This document shows, one piece after another, positions 26,535 through 34,471 of a stretch of DNA of 64,000 bases. Origin of the DNA: Clostridiales bacterium (lineage in GTDB: Bacteria > Bacillota > Clostridia > Oscillospirales > Ruminococcaceae); contig JAHZAY010000005.1 of NCBI GenBank assembly GCA_019423685.1, positions 20,057-84,056 of the forward strand. Reading direction: 5' to 3'. Below the pieces are notes generated by a model. It did not search any database and had not been told where the DNA came from. It saw nothing but the letters and a program-made list of their open reading frames with translations. Position numbers and translations under genes: made by a program. How positions within the stretch are numbered: position 1 is the stretch's first letter; each line of letters opens with the position of its first letter.

Positions 26535-27710
26535 TTATTTTGCTGCTGCCTGTGCTGCTTCTGCTGCCTCAACCTCTACCTTCTTCTGCTCATACAGCTT
26601 TGCAATCATCTCCAGCTTGTCTGGGATGGCAATCATCTGTGGGCACTTGGTGGTGCAGGACATGCAGCGGACACAGTGCTCCGCGCCATTGCCGTGTGCA
26701 ACGACCTCTTTGTAGTCATTGACAAAGGATTTCTCCTTGCCAAAAATCTTATAGCGGGAATAGATCGCAAAGATCTCCGGGATATCGACTCCCATCGGGC
26801 AATCCATGCAGTACCGGCAGCCGGTGCACGGAATCTCGTTTACCTTGCGGATTTCCTCAACTACCTTCGCAACAGCTTCCAGTTCCTTGTCGTTCATTGG
26901 CTCAAAGTTGGTCATGGTGGCGACGTTGTCGATCAGCTGCTGCTCATCGCTCATACCGCTGAGTACAACGGCAACCTGTGGCAGCGACTCAACCCAGCGG
27001 ATAGCCCAGCTGGCGATCGAGCGGTTTGGCTCCATATCCAGGAACGGTTTTGCGCGCTGTTCGTCGATGGTGGCAAGGTAACCGCCGCGTACCGGCTCCA
27101 TAACCATAACCGGCAGGTTGCGTTTTTCCAGCTCGCGGTAGAGCTGCTCTGCGCCCTGGTTCTGCCAATCCAGATAGTTCAGCTGAATCTGGACGAAATC
27201 CCAGTCATAATCGTTGAGAATTTGGGTGAATACCTGATAGGTGTCGTGGAAGGAGAAGCCCAGGTGTTTGATCTTGCCCTGACGCTTCATCTCCTGCAAG
27301 AACTCTACGCAATGCAGATCTTTGACCTTCTTGTAGTGGTTGCGGTTTAAGCTATGTACCAGATAAAAGTCGATGTAGTCGGTCTTGAGGGTTTTCAGCT
27401 GGTTTTCAAAGCGGCGCTTCATGTCCTCCTCATCCTCGCAGACCCAGATGCTCATCTTGTCTGCAATATAGAAGGTGCTGCGGTCGTAATTTTCAAACGC
27501 CTTTCCAAAAATCTTCTCGGATTCGCCCTTATGATAGACCATCGCGGTATCAAAATAGTTGATACCCATCTCGTACGCTTTGTGCAGCAAATCTACTGCC
27601 GCATCAAAATCTACTTCATCGCCGTTCTTTGGGAAGCGCATGCCCCCGTAACCCAGACGGGAGATCTCCAGTCCCAATGTTGGAATCATTCTGCGGTCGA
27701 TCATATTCAT
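26535..27710 (-). CDS. aldo/keto reductase with a C-terminal 4Fe-4S ferredoxin-type domain
   Basis: The AKR N-terminus reads LGLEISRLGYGGMRFP ... GINYFDTAMVY. The C-terminus carries CTGCRYCMDCP and CVRCMSCTTKCP cysteine clusters. The ATG at 27710 follows AAGGAGA. Confidence 0.85.
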   Translation of the reverse strand: MNMIDRRMIPTLGLEISRLGYGGMRFPKNGDEVDFDAAVDLLHKAYEMGINYFDTAMVYHKGESEKIFGKAFENYDRSTFYIADKMSIWVCEDEEDMKRRFENQLKTLKTDYIDFYLVHSLNRNHYKKVKDLHCVEFLQEMKRQGKIKHLGFSFHDTYQVFTQILNDYDWDFVQIQLNYLDWQNQGAEQLYRELEKRNLPVMVMEPVRGGYLATIDEQRAKPFLDMEPNRSIASWAIRWVESLPQVAVVLSGMSDEQQLIDNVATMTNFEPMNDKELEAVAKVVEEIRKVNEIPCTGCRYCMDCPMGVDIPEIFAIYSRYKIFGKEKSFVNDYKEVVAHGNGAEHCVRCMSCTTKCPQMIAIPDKLEMIAKLYEQKKVEVEAAEAAQAAAK

Positions 27711-27879
27711 TCTCTCCTTGCTTCTTAAGAGTGACTCCCGCCCCACAGGCAGGAATCCTGCACCTTTATCCTACCACAAAATCGCCTCCATGTAAAATGG
27801 CAGCTTCTCAAAAAGACAAAAGAATGTAAACATTCCTAAAATTTACACCCATTCCCACCTCCCTTGTGCACAGAAAAGA

Positions 27880-27908
27880 TTGACCTTTCCCGACAGGTGG
27901 TTTAAAAT
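27880..27908 (+). promoter_or_regulatory. putative sigma-A promoter of rpe
   Basis: TTGACC (27880-27885), 17 nt spacer, then TAAAAT (27903-27908). Confidence 0.5.
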
Positions 27909-27995
27909 AAAATGGAATTCATTTGCCTGTCGGGCAGCAGCTTGTTGCAGAGCCTCTCCCGACTCCATCGTCTTTGAAGAAAGGTCGTGCCCTTT

Positions 27996-28640
27996 ATGAT
28001 AAAAGTTTCCCCCTCCATCCTCTCCGCCGATTTTTCCTGCTTGGGTGAGCAGGCCCGCAAAATGCAGCAGGCGGGCGCACCCTGGCTGCACATCGACGTC
28101 ATGGACGGCCACTTTGTTCCCAACATCTCCTTCGGCGCACCGGTTATGAAGTGCATCCGCAAGGATTTTGACGGCGTATTCGACGTCCACCTGATGATCA
28201 GCGATCCGCTGCGCTATGCACAGGACTTCGCCAAGGCCGGCGCCGACATCATCACCTTCCATCTGGAATCGGACAGCGACCCGGACGCCACCATTGCGCA
28301 CATCCACGAGCTGGGCTGCAAAGCCGGCATCTCCATCAAACCTGGCACTCCCGCCGAGGCGGTCAAGCCCTATCTCGATCGCGTGGAGATGGTGCTGGTG
28401 ATGACCGTTGAACCGGGATTTGGCGGACAGAAATTTATGACCGATATGATGCCAAAGGTATCGGCGATCCGCCAATGGATCACCGATACCGGCCGCGAAA
28501 TCGACCTGCAGGTAGACGGCGGCGTCAACGCTGAAACGGCCAAAGTATGCAAACAGGCCGGGGCCAATGTACTGGTGGCCGGTTCCTACCTGTTCTCTAA
28601 AGAGGACTATGCTGCGGCCATCAAAACTTTGATCGACTAG
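27996..28640 (+). CDS. rpe: ribulose-phosphate 3-epimerase
   Basis: SPSILSADFSCLGEQ, LHIDVMDGHFVPNISFG, VMTVEPGFGGQKF and VDGG motifs are all present. Confidence 0.9.
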   Translation: MIKVSPSILSADFSCLGEQARKMQQAGAPWLHIDVMDGHFVPNISFGAPVMKCIRKDFDGVFDVHLMISDPLRYAQDFAKAGADIITFHLESDSDPDATIAHIHELGCKAGISIKPGTPAEAVKPYLDRVEMVLVMTVEPGFGGQKFMTDMMPKVSAIRQWITDTGREIDLQVDGGVNAETAKVCKQAGANVLVAGSYLFSKEDYAAAIKTLID

Positions 28641-28849
28641 CTGCAAAGCTGCTCTGCGCCCGGCGCCGCCCTTTGCAGTTGTGTCCCCTTGCCCTTCCCT
28701 CTTCCGGCAGGGCCTGTAAGCGGCGCAGCAAAAAGTACGCTTGATCACCTTCCTACAAAATGGAATGCTGGCAAGCTGTTGGCTTAGCCACAGGCCGGCA
28801 CGGGGCAGTTCCCCACCTTCCATCACACTGAAAGGAGTTATTTCTCTTC

Positions 28850-29905
28850 ATGTCTCTGTTACAGTGGCTGACTACCGGCTCTTTTAACGGCATCTATCTT
28901 GAACAGATGAAGGAACCGGCCCTTTCTCGGCCCTTCCTGCATTTTTTCAGCAGTGCTACCATCCAGAGCAAACCGATCCACCACGGATATGACCTGTCCC
29001 ATCCGCTCAGCTGCGAGCAACTGGCCGATGTCGCCCGTCAGGCGGGCATCATCGACGAACACGACGGAAAGCCGCTGGCGGACAAGATCCTTCACGCTGC
29101 GCGGCAAAAAATTTCTGCGGTCTGCGTCGACGCCATCGACGACGAACCCTATGTCTCCAGCCAAATCAATCCCCTGCTGCATTGCAGCAGCCAGATTGTG
29201 CGCGCAGCCAATTGGATCAGCTCTGCATTGGATGTGAGCGAACGATTTATCGCAATCTATAAAAACATGTCTGCACTGGACACCAAAATTCCTTCCTTCA
29301 TCGACGGCGTAGAGGTGCGCCGGATGCAGGGACGTTACCCAATGGAAATCCGTGCTTTCCGAAGCTTTAAAAATGCGACCTTTATTGCAGGGGCCGCAAG
29401 CCTCCTGCACCTTTACCGCGCCGTCACCGAAGGACGCGCACAGACCACCTCGTTTGTCACCGTCGCGGGCAACTGCGTCGGCACGCCCCGCAACTACGAG
29501 GTCACCATCGGCACCCCTGTTTCGGTGCTGCTGGAGCGCTGCGGCCTCATTCAGTCGCCTTCGATTATTGTAGAGGGCGGCGCCATGCGCGGCATTGCGC
29601 TGGATGACCCGGACCACACCGCCATCCGTCCCAGCACTAGCTCCATTCTGGTCTTCCACGTCGACCGGCAGGAACAGCTGTACAGCTGCATCGGCTGCGG
29701 GCGCTGTATCGAAGCCTGCCCCTCCGGCCTCAACCCTCAGAAGCTTTACCGCTGTGTGACCACCAATCACAAACAGACCGCTCTGAGCCTTGGAATCCAA
29801 AACTGCATCGGCTGTGCCAGCTGCAGTTATATCTGCCCTTCCCGCCTGGACCTGGCACACAACATTGTTCAGGCAAAACTCCGGCTTTCCCCAGACCCGG
29901 AATAA
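28850..29905 (+). CDS. RnfC-like protein lacking the nucleotide/FMN-binding glycine-rich motifs (SLBB plus 2x[4Fe-4S] retained)
   Basis: The C-terminal CIGCGRCIEACP and CIGCASCSYICP ferredoxin motifs match the RnfC C-terminus. The region that aligns with the RnfC GxGGAGFP and INGAECEPY segments reads IIDEHDGKPLADKI and CVDAIDDEPY. It is about 90 aa shorter than canonical RnfC. Confidence 0.7.
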   Translation: MSLLQWLTTGSFNGIYLEQMKEPALSRPFLHFFSSATIQSKPIHHGYDLSHPLSCEQLADVARQAGIIDEHDGKPLADKILHAARQKISAVCVDAIDDEPYVSSQINPLLHCSSQIVRAANWISSALDVSERFIAIYKNMSALDTKIPSFIDGVEVRRMQGRYPMEIRAFRSFKNATFIAGAASLLHLYRAVTEGRAQTTSFVTVAGNCVGTPRNYEVTIGTPVSVLLERCGLIQSPSIIVEGGAMRGIALDDPDHTAIRPSTSSILVFHVDRQEQLYSCIGCGRCIEACPSGLNPQKLYRCVTTNHKQTALSLGIQNCIGCASCSYICPSRLDLAHNIVQAKLRLSPDPE

Positions 29906-29933
29906 AGTCCTTTCTAAAGGAGGTCCTTTACCC

Positions 29934-30911
29934 TTGTCTTCGACACGATACCACATGCCTTACATCCGGCACTCCGATGCCGCCCGCACCATCATGGGGG
30001 ACGTCATCATCGCGCTGGCGCCGCTGTACTTTATGGCATACTTCTACTATGGCTCCCGCGTGCTGCTGTTGGCTGCTGCCGCGATCCTCAGCTGTACCGT
30101 CTGCGACTGGCTGTGCAGCCTTATCCTCTATCGCCGGATCAATTCTCGCGATCTGAGCCCTGTTGTCACCGGCCTGATTCTGTGTGCACTGATGCCGCCC
30201 ACCATCTCCTTTTCGGTGGTCGTCTGGGCATCGGTGTTCTCTATTGTGATCTGCAAGGAGCCTTTTGGCGGAAGCGGTCACAACATCTTTAACCCCGCCG
30301 CTGCCGGTCTTGCCTTCGCCACCATCTGCTGGAGCGGTCAGATGTTCTCCTACACCCAGCCGCTGCAACGGCTGCCAATTGCAATCGACAATACTGTAAC
30401 TCTGATGCAGGGTCCGACAGCCACCTTAAAACTTGGCGGCATCCCCCGTCTGGAGCTGACAGAACTGCTGCTGGGCAACTTTGCCGGCCCAATCGCCTCA
30501 ACCTTCACGCTGATCATTGCCGCGTCGCTGCTCTATCTGCTGGCGCGCAACGTAGTCAAGTGGTACTCGGTTGTCTCCTTCGTGCTGCCGGTTGCGGTGC
30601 TTGCCGCCTTCAACCACCCTTATGGCGTCAGCTCACTGGAATCGATTACCAACGAGTTGTTCGTCGGCTCGCTGTGGTTTGTTGCGGTATTCATGCTCAG
30701 CGACCCGGTCACCTCCCCGAAATATCGTCTTTCCCGCATCTTATATAACCTTTGTGCCGGCATCATGGTCATGCTGTTCCGTTATTTCAGCCCTCTGGAG
30801 CTGAGCGCTGCCTTTGCGGTGCTGCTGATGAATGCGTTGGCACCAGTATTTGACATTGCCTGCGAACAGTTGATTATCCGCCAGAAGCAGAAAGGAGGCA
30901 GCGCATCATGA
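29934..30911 (+). CDS. RnfD/NqrB-family membrane protein (divergent)
   Basis: IMGDVIIALAPL, DLSPVVTGLILCALMPPT, KEPFGGSGHNIFNPAAAG, MLSDPVTSP and LLMNALAPVFD are collinear with RnfD. The TTG at 29934 lies 10 nt after AAAGGAGG; an alternative ATG is at 29955. Confidence 0.75.
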   Translation: MSSTRYHMPYIRHSDAARTIMGDVIIALAPLYFMAYFYYGSRVLLLAAAAILSCTVCDWLCSLILYRRINSRDLSPVVTGLILCALMPPTISFSVVVWASVFSIVICKEPFGGSGHNIFNPAAAGLAFATICWSGQMFSYTQPLQRLPIAIDNTVTLMQGPTATLKLGGIPRLELTELLLGNFAGPIASTFTLIIAASLLYLLARNVVKWYSVVSFVLPVAVLAAFNHPYGVSSLESITNELFVGSLWFVAVFMLSDPVTSPKYRLSRILYNLCAGIMVMLFRYFSPLELSAAFAVLLMNALAPVFDIACEQLIIRQKQKGGSAS

Positions 30912-31558
30912 CCTTTACCCGCAAGTACGAGCGAATCCTGCGCAAAACACGCGGTATCCTCTACAAAAATCCGCTGCTCTCTCTGGGGCTGGCAATGCCT
31001 TTGGCGATCATTCCGTCCTACAATCTCACCATCACTGCCGCCGTTTGTCTATCCATGCTGATCTGCTTTGTGCCGACGGTATTCATCGCCGGCATCATCG
31101 GCAAGCGGATTGTTTCCCCATGGCAGGTGGTTGTCTACCCGTTGATTGCCTGTGTGCTGATGATTCCAACCCGCATGCTGTTGCAGATGCTCTTTCCCAT
31201 GATTCAGGACACATTGGGCATCTATTTTTCGCTGATCTGTGTCAACACCCTGCTGTTTTATGCCACCGATCACGCCGCTCAAAAGCGTCCATTGCAGGCA
31301 TTGGGACTCGGTTTGCGGCTGTGGTTTGGCGCGGCGTTGGTTGCATTGATCTGCGGAGCAATCCGCGAGATTGCCGCCACCGGGGCAATTCTTGGCGTCG
31401 TCCTCTTCCCGAACGGTTCCCACATTCCCATTGCGCAGATGGCAATGGGCGGCTTTATTCTGTTGGCTTTCTTTGCGGCGCTGTGCCGCTTGATCCATCG
31501 CAGCATCCTATGGCTAACCAAGCGGGCGGATGCAAGCAAAGGGGGTGAACAGCGATGA
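30908..31558 (+). CDS. RnfE/NqrD-like membrane protein (divergent)
   Basis: LYKNPLLSLGLAMPLAI, GIYFSLICVNTLL and ICGAIREIAATG are collinear with RnfE motifs (NPVLVQLLGLCP, IPLIVVNC, GAIREILG). The start shares an ATGA overlap with the upstream gene. Confidence 0.65.
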   Translation: MTFTRKYERILRKTRGILYKNPLLSLGLAMPLAIIPSYNLTITAAVCLSMLICFVPTVFIAGIIGKRIVSPWQVVVYPLIACVLMIPTRMLLQMLFPMIQDTLGIYFSLICVNTLLFYATDHAAQKRPLQALGLGLRLWFGAALVALICGAIREIAATGAILGVVLFPNGSHIPIAQMAMGGFILLAFFAALCRLIHRSILWLTKRADASKGGEQR

Positions 31559-32154
31559 TGACCTATCTTGCAGAATTGTCGACAGCCTTTATGACTGCGT
31601 TGGCACTGGAAAATCTGCTGTTTGCCCGCGCCATCGACATTCCCCGCCTGTATGAGCGGCGATCCATTCAACAGATTGTCTACATCGGACTTACCCTTAC
31701 CGTCATCAACGCTGTTGGCGCGATACCTTCCTACTTTGTCAACCGCTTCTTAGGCTCCAAACCGCCGCTTTCTGACTTCATGACTCCGGCACAGCTTTGT
31801 GTCAACATTCTGGTCTTATTGGTAATTTATTTCCTCATCCGCCGTTTCTCGCCAAAACTGTTCAGTAGAATCGGGGAAAGTTTACCTTTTTATGGAGTCA
31901 ACTGCGTCACCTTGGGCACCCTGATGGTTGCATCGAGAATGAGCAGCAGCACAAACTTCTTTTTCTTCTTCGGTTACTGTGTGGGAGCAGGCGTTGGTTT
32001 TATGGTCGCACTTCTTTTGTTGTGGTCGGTTCGCCAGCGCCTTTCGATGACCCGCATTCCTAAAACATTCCGCGGCTTACCAATCACGTTGCTTTCTCTT
32101 GGCATCATTTCGCTTGCGCTGTTCGGCCTGCTGGGCAACCAGCTGCCGGCATAA
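31555..32154 (+). CDS. RnfA/NqrE-like membrane protein (divergent)
   Basis: LPFYGVNCVTLG and RIPKTFRGLPITLLSLGIISLALFGL parallel the RnfA motifs LPLITTNCAVLG and [25 protein letters not shown]. The start shares an ATGA overlap with the upstream gene. Confidence 0.7.
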   Translation: MMTYLAELSTAFMTALALENLLFARAIDIPRLYERRSIQQIVYIGLTLTVINAVGAIPSYFVNRFLGSKPPLSDFMTPAQLCVNILVLLVIYFLIRRFSPKLFSRIGESLPFYGVNCVTLGTLMVASRMSSSTNFFFFFGYCVGAGVGFMVALLLLWSVRQRLSMTRIPKTFRGLPITLLSLGIISLALFGLLGNQLPA

Positions 32155-32178
32155 AGTGCGCGCTCGGGAGGGATTATT

Positions 32179-33381
32179 ATGGGAAGACCTTACAAGATCA
32201 AACGTCACAAACAGATTTACCGCCGCTCGACGGGCAGTGTGGTGCTGCGCGTTTTGGTGATTGTGGTGGCCATCGCCGCCCTGTTTGCCCTTGGATGGGC
32301 ACTGTACGCCCCGGTCAGCAACTGGATCGCCCAGCGGCAAAACCAAACTCCTCAGCAGACAATCGGTTCTTCCGACGAACAACAGTCGCAGGAAGAGATG
32401 GTGCCCGGCGCATCGCAGACCGAGGAAGATCTGCCCCAAGCGGAGGAACAGCCTGTTTCCTCGACTTCCGCTATGACCGCCTACCTGCCGCCTGAAACGG
32501 TGCAGGACAGTGCCGCCTTCTCCTCTGCCTTAACCGCGGCAAAGGATGCCGGCTACGACAGCATCCTGATCGACCTGAAAACCGATGACGGCACAGTCAC
32601 CTACTCCATCCAGTACAACGAAACTACCGATGCGCGCGTCACCACCACGACGCCGATCGATCTTGCCTCCACAGTCCAGCAAATTCGCGACGCGGGCCTT
32701 ATGCCAGTGGCCTCGATCCACACCTTCCGCGATCACCTGTATCCGTCCGTCGATCACGATGCAGCTACCTGGTACCTTGATTCCAGCTCGCTGTGGCTGG
32801 ACAATTCTCCAGACAACGGCGGTCGCGTTTGGATGAATCCCTTCTCGGACGCTGCACAAAACTACATCCAGAAGATTGTGGACGACGCCTGCAACGCCGG
32901 ATTTGAAGAAATTATCCTGCAAGATGTACAATTCCCTGAGGGCTACTCGCTGGATATGATCGACTACTTCGAACATGCCGGGGATGACAAACACGCCTTC
33001 TTGCAGCAGTACATTGCGCAGATGACCGAATACGCTGCGGGCAAAGGGGTGGAGCTGACAGCCCTGTTCCCCGCCACCAGCATGCTGGGTGGGGAGAGCG
33101 ACATGTACTTCGGCGACACGACCGACCTTGTCTCGGGCACCGTGGCAATCGATCTGCGGGACAGCGTCTTTGGTACCGGACTGCAAAATGACCAGATTTC
33201 CATCCCCGATCCGGGAGCAGACCCCTACAACACGGTGCGCACCGCCGCCGCAGCACTGCGCGAAAAGCTGCCGAACACCCAAATCATCGCTCTGCTCGAC
33301 GCCGACGGCGTTGCCGAGCGCACCGAGGCGGCCGCACAGAGCGACATTGTGCGCTACATCGTCTACTCTCCGACCTTCTAA
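32179..33381 (+). CDS. membrane-anchored putative glycoside hydrolase-like protein (DUF4015/GHL-type TIM-barrel)
   Basis: It has an N-terminal TM helix (VVLRVLVIVVAIAALFALGWALYAPV), then a Q/E/S-rich linker. Next comes a domain with ILIDLKTDDGTVTY ... HTFRDH ... WMNPF ... GFEEIILQDVQFPEG, resembling the DUF4015 pattern (ViDvKdd.G ... FkD ... WvnP ... GFDEIqfDYvRFP). The gene starts 24 nt after the RnfA-like gene. Confidence 0.55.
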   Translation: MGRPYKIKRHKQIYRRSTGSVVLRVLVIVVAIAALFALGWALYAPVSNWIAQRQNQTPQQTIGSSDEQQSQEEMVPGASQTEEDLPQAEEQPVSSTSAMTAYLPPETVQDSAAFSSALTAAKDAGYDSILIDLKTDDGTVTYSIQYNETTDARVTTTTPIDLASTVQQIRDAGLMPVASIHTFRDHLYPSVDHDAATWYLDSSSLWLDNSPDNGGRVWMNPFSDAAQNYIQKIVDDACNAGFEEIILQDVQFPEGYSLDMIDYFEHAGDDKHAFLQQYIAQMTEYAAGKGVELTALFPATSMLGGESDMYFGDTTDLVSGTVAIDLRDSVFGTGLQNDQISIPDPGADPYNTVRTAAAALREKLPNTQIIALLDADGVAERTEAAAQSDIVRYIVYSPTF

Positions 33382-33414
33382 ATCCTTTTACAATCTCATA
33401 ACTCTGTAAAGCGC

Positions 33415-33447
33415 AAAGCGGCTAAGGAAACATTCCTTAGCCGCTTT
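33415..33447 (+). terminator. possible terminator hairpin after the Rnf-like/DUF4015 operon (weak U-tract)
   Basis: aaagcggctaaggaa / ttccttagccgcttt forms a perfect 15-bp stem with loop aca. Only a short T-rich tail follows. Confidence 0.45.
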
Positions 33448-33722
33448 CCTTATATGAACGGGAGCGGGGCGCGCCCTTTGCCCGACACTCTATCCTATGC
33501 TTTCTTCGGGCAATTGGCAAAAGTCTCCCCGACGCTCCGCACAGTTCTATCCCTTTCCACATCACAGATCGGCCGCGGTTTTGCCCTGTTTCACCCCCGC
33601 TTTTTTTACGCAGGAGCGGGCAGAATTTTTTTCGTCCCACCGCAATTGTCTCCGTTCTCCCCTCGCTTTCTTTTTTGTCCGATACCCCCCCTTTTTGCAA
33701 ATCCCCCTTAAAAAAGCTCTGC

Positions 33723-33759
33723 AAAAAAGAGGGATAAGGCACAAGACCTTATCCCTCTT
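33723..33759 (-). terminator. intrinsic terminator of the Rrf2 gene
   Basis: On the minus strand aagagggataagg ... ccttatccctctt is followed by tttttt. Confidence 0.75.
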
Positions 33760-33819
33760 ACGCAATCTGTATATGCCCGCAGCTACTTTAGCAAGCCCAG
33801 GTGGACCCGCTTGCCTCTT

Positions 33820-34269
33820 TTATTGGGCGCTCTCCTGTTTCTCCAACAGGCTGTGGTAGCGTTCGAGCATCTGTCCCAAGGTGATCCGCTGCATCTGCTG
33901 TTGCACCGCTTTTGCAATCTCCTCATAGGGCTCGCGCAGCACTTCGGCAATATTGCGCCCTACCGGACACAGCGGCGAAGGGGCCGGGTGCAGCCCGATC
34001 AACCGTTCAAGACCCTGTGGCTCCAGCGCGTGATAAACCTCCCACAGCGTCACCTGATCGGGAGAAACCGCCATCGTCGCGCCGCCGACACCGCGGGCAA
34101 TGTGAATAATTCCCGCCTTTTGCAGCGCACCCAGAAGGCTGCGGATGGCAGCCGGATTGCAGCCGGTTGTTTTGGAAAGCAATTCGCTGGTGACCCGAAC
34201 CTGCTGGCCATATTCGGCAATAAAGATTAAACAGTGCATCGCGATAGAACTTTTTGTACTGATTTTCAT
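33820..34269 (-). CDS. Rrf2 family transcriptional regulator
   Basis: MKISTKSSIAMHCLIFIA ... TSELLSKTTGCNPAAIRSLLGALQKAGII is the Rrf2 HTH. The ATG at 34269 follows GAGGGA by 6 nt. Confidence 0.85.
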   Translation of the reverse strand: MKISTKSSIAMHCLIFIAEYGQQVRVTSELLSKTTGCNPAAIRSLLGALQKAGIIHIARGVGGATMAVSPDQVTLWEVYHALEPQGLERLIGLHPAPSPLCPVGRNIAEVLREPYEEIAKAVQQQMQRITLGQMLERYHSLLEKQESAQ

Positions 34270-34419
34270 TTTCAATCCCTCTATACAAATAAACCTTGTC
34301 TTTATTATACGGTATTTACACCGGATTGTAAACGAAAATTGTTTGCCCCCACCGGTCTTGTTCGTACCCTCTAAAGAATACCCTCTGTTCCAATGCTGTG
34401 TTTTGGGATATACAGCAAC

Positions 34420-34446
34420 AAAAGCCGCCCCGGTGGGGCGGCTTTT
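34420..34446 (-). terminator. intrinsic terminator of perR-rbr
   Basis: Hairpin aaaagccgcccc / ggggcggctttt, with a T-run on the minus strand just after the rbr stop. Confidence 0.8.
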
Positions 34447-34471
34447 GTTTTATTTTGTCTTTTAAACCAGA

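Noticed and set aside
27843-28826. 327-aa minus-strand ORF covering rpe.
   Set aside because: The plus-strand frame encodes an unmistakable ribulose-phosphate 3-epimerase. The antisense product is low-complexity and Gly/Ala/Arg-rich.
28859-29956. 365-aa minus-strand ORF covering the RnfC-like gene.
   Set aside because: The plus-strand frame carries two canonical 4Fe-4S ferredoxin motifs and is coupled to the downstream Rnf-like genes. The antisense frame has no motifs.
33437-33859. Three overlapping ORFs of 85-120 codons in the Rnf-like/Rrf2 intergenic region.
   Set aside because: None has an RBS. Their composition is strongly biased (Pro/Ser/Phe- or Lys/Arg/Gly-rich), they overlap each other, and one runs through the Rrf2 terminator and into the Rrf2 gene antisense.
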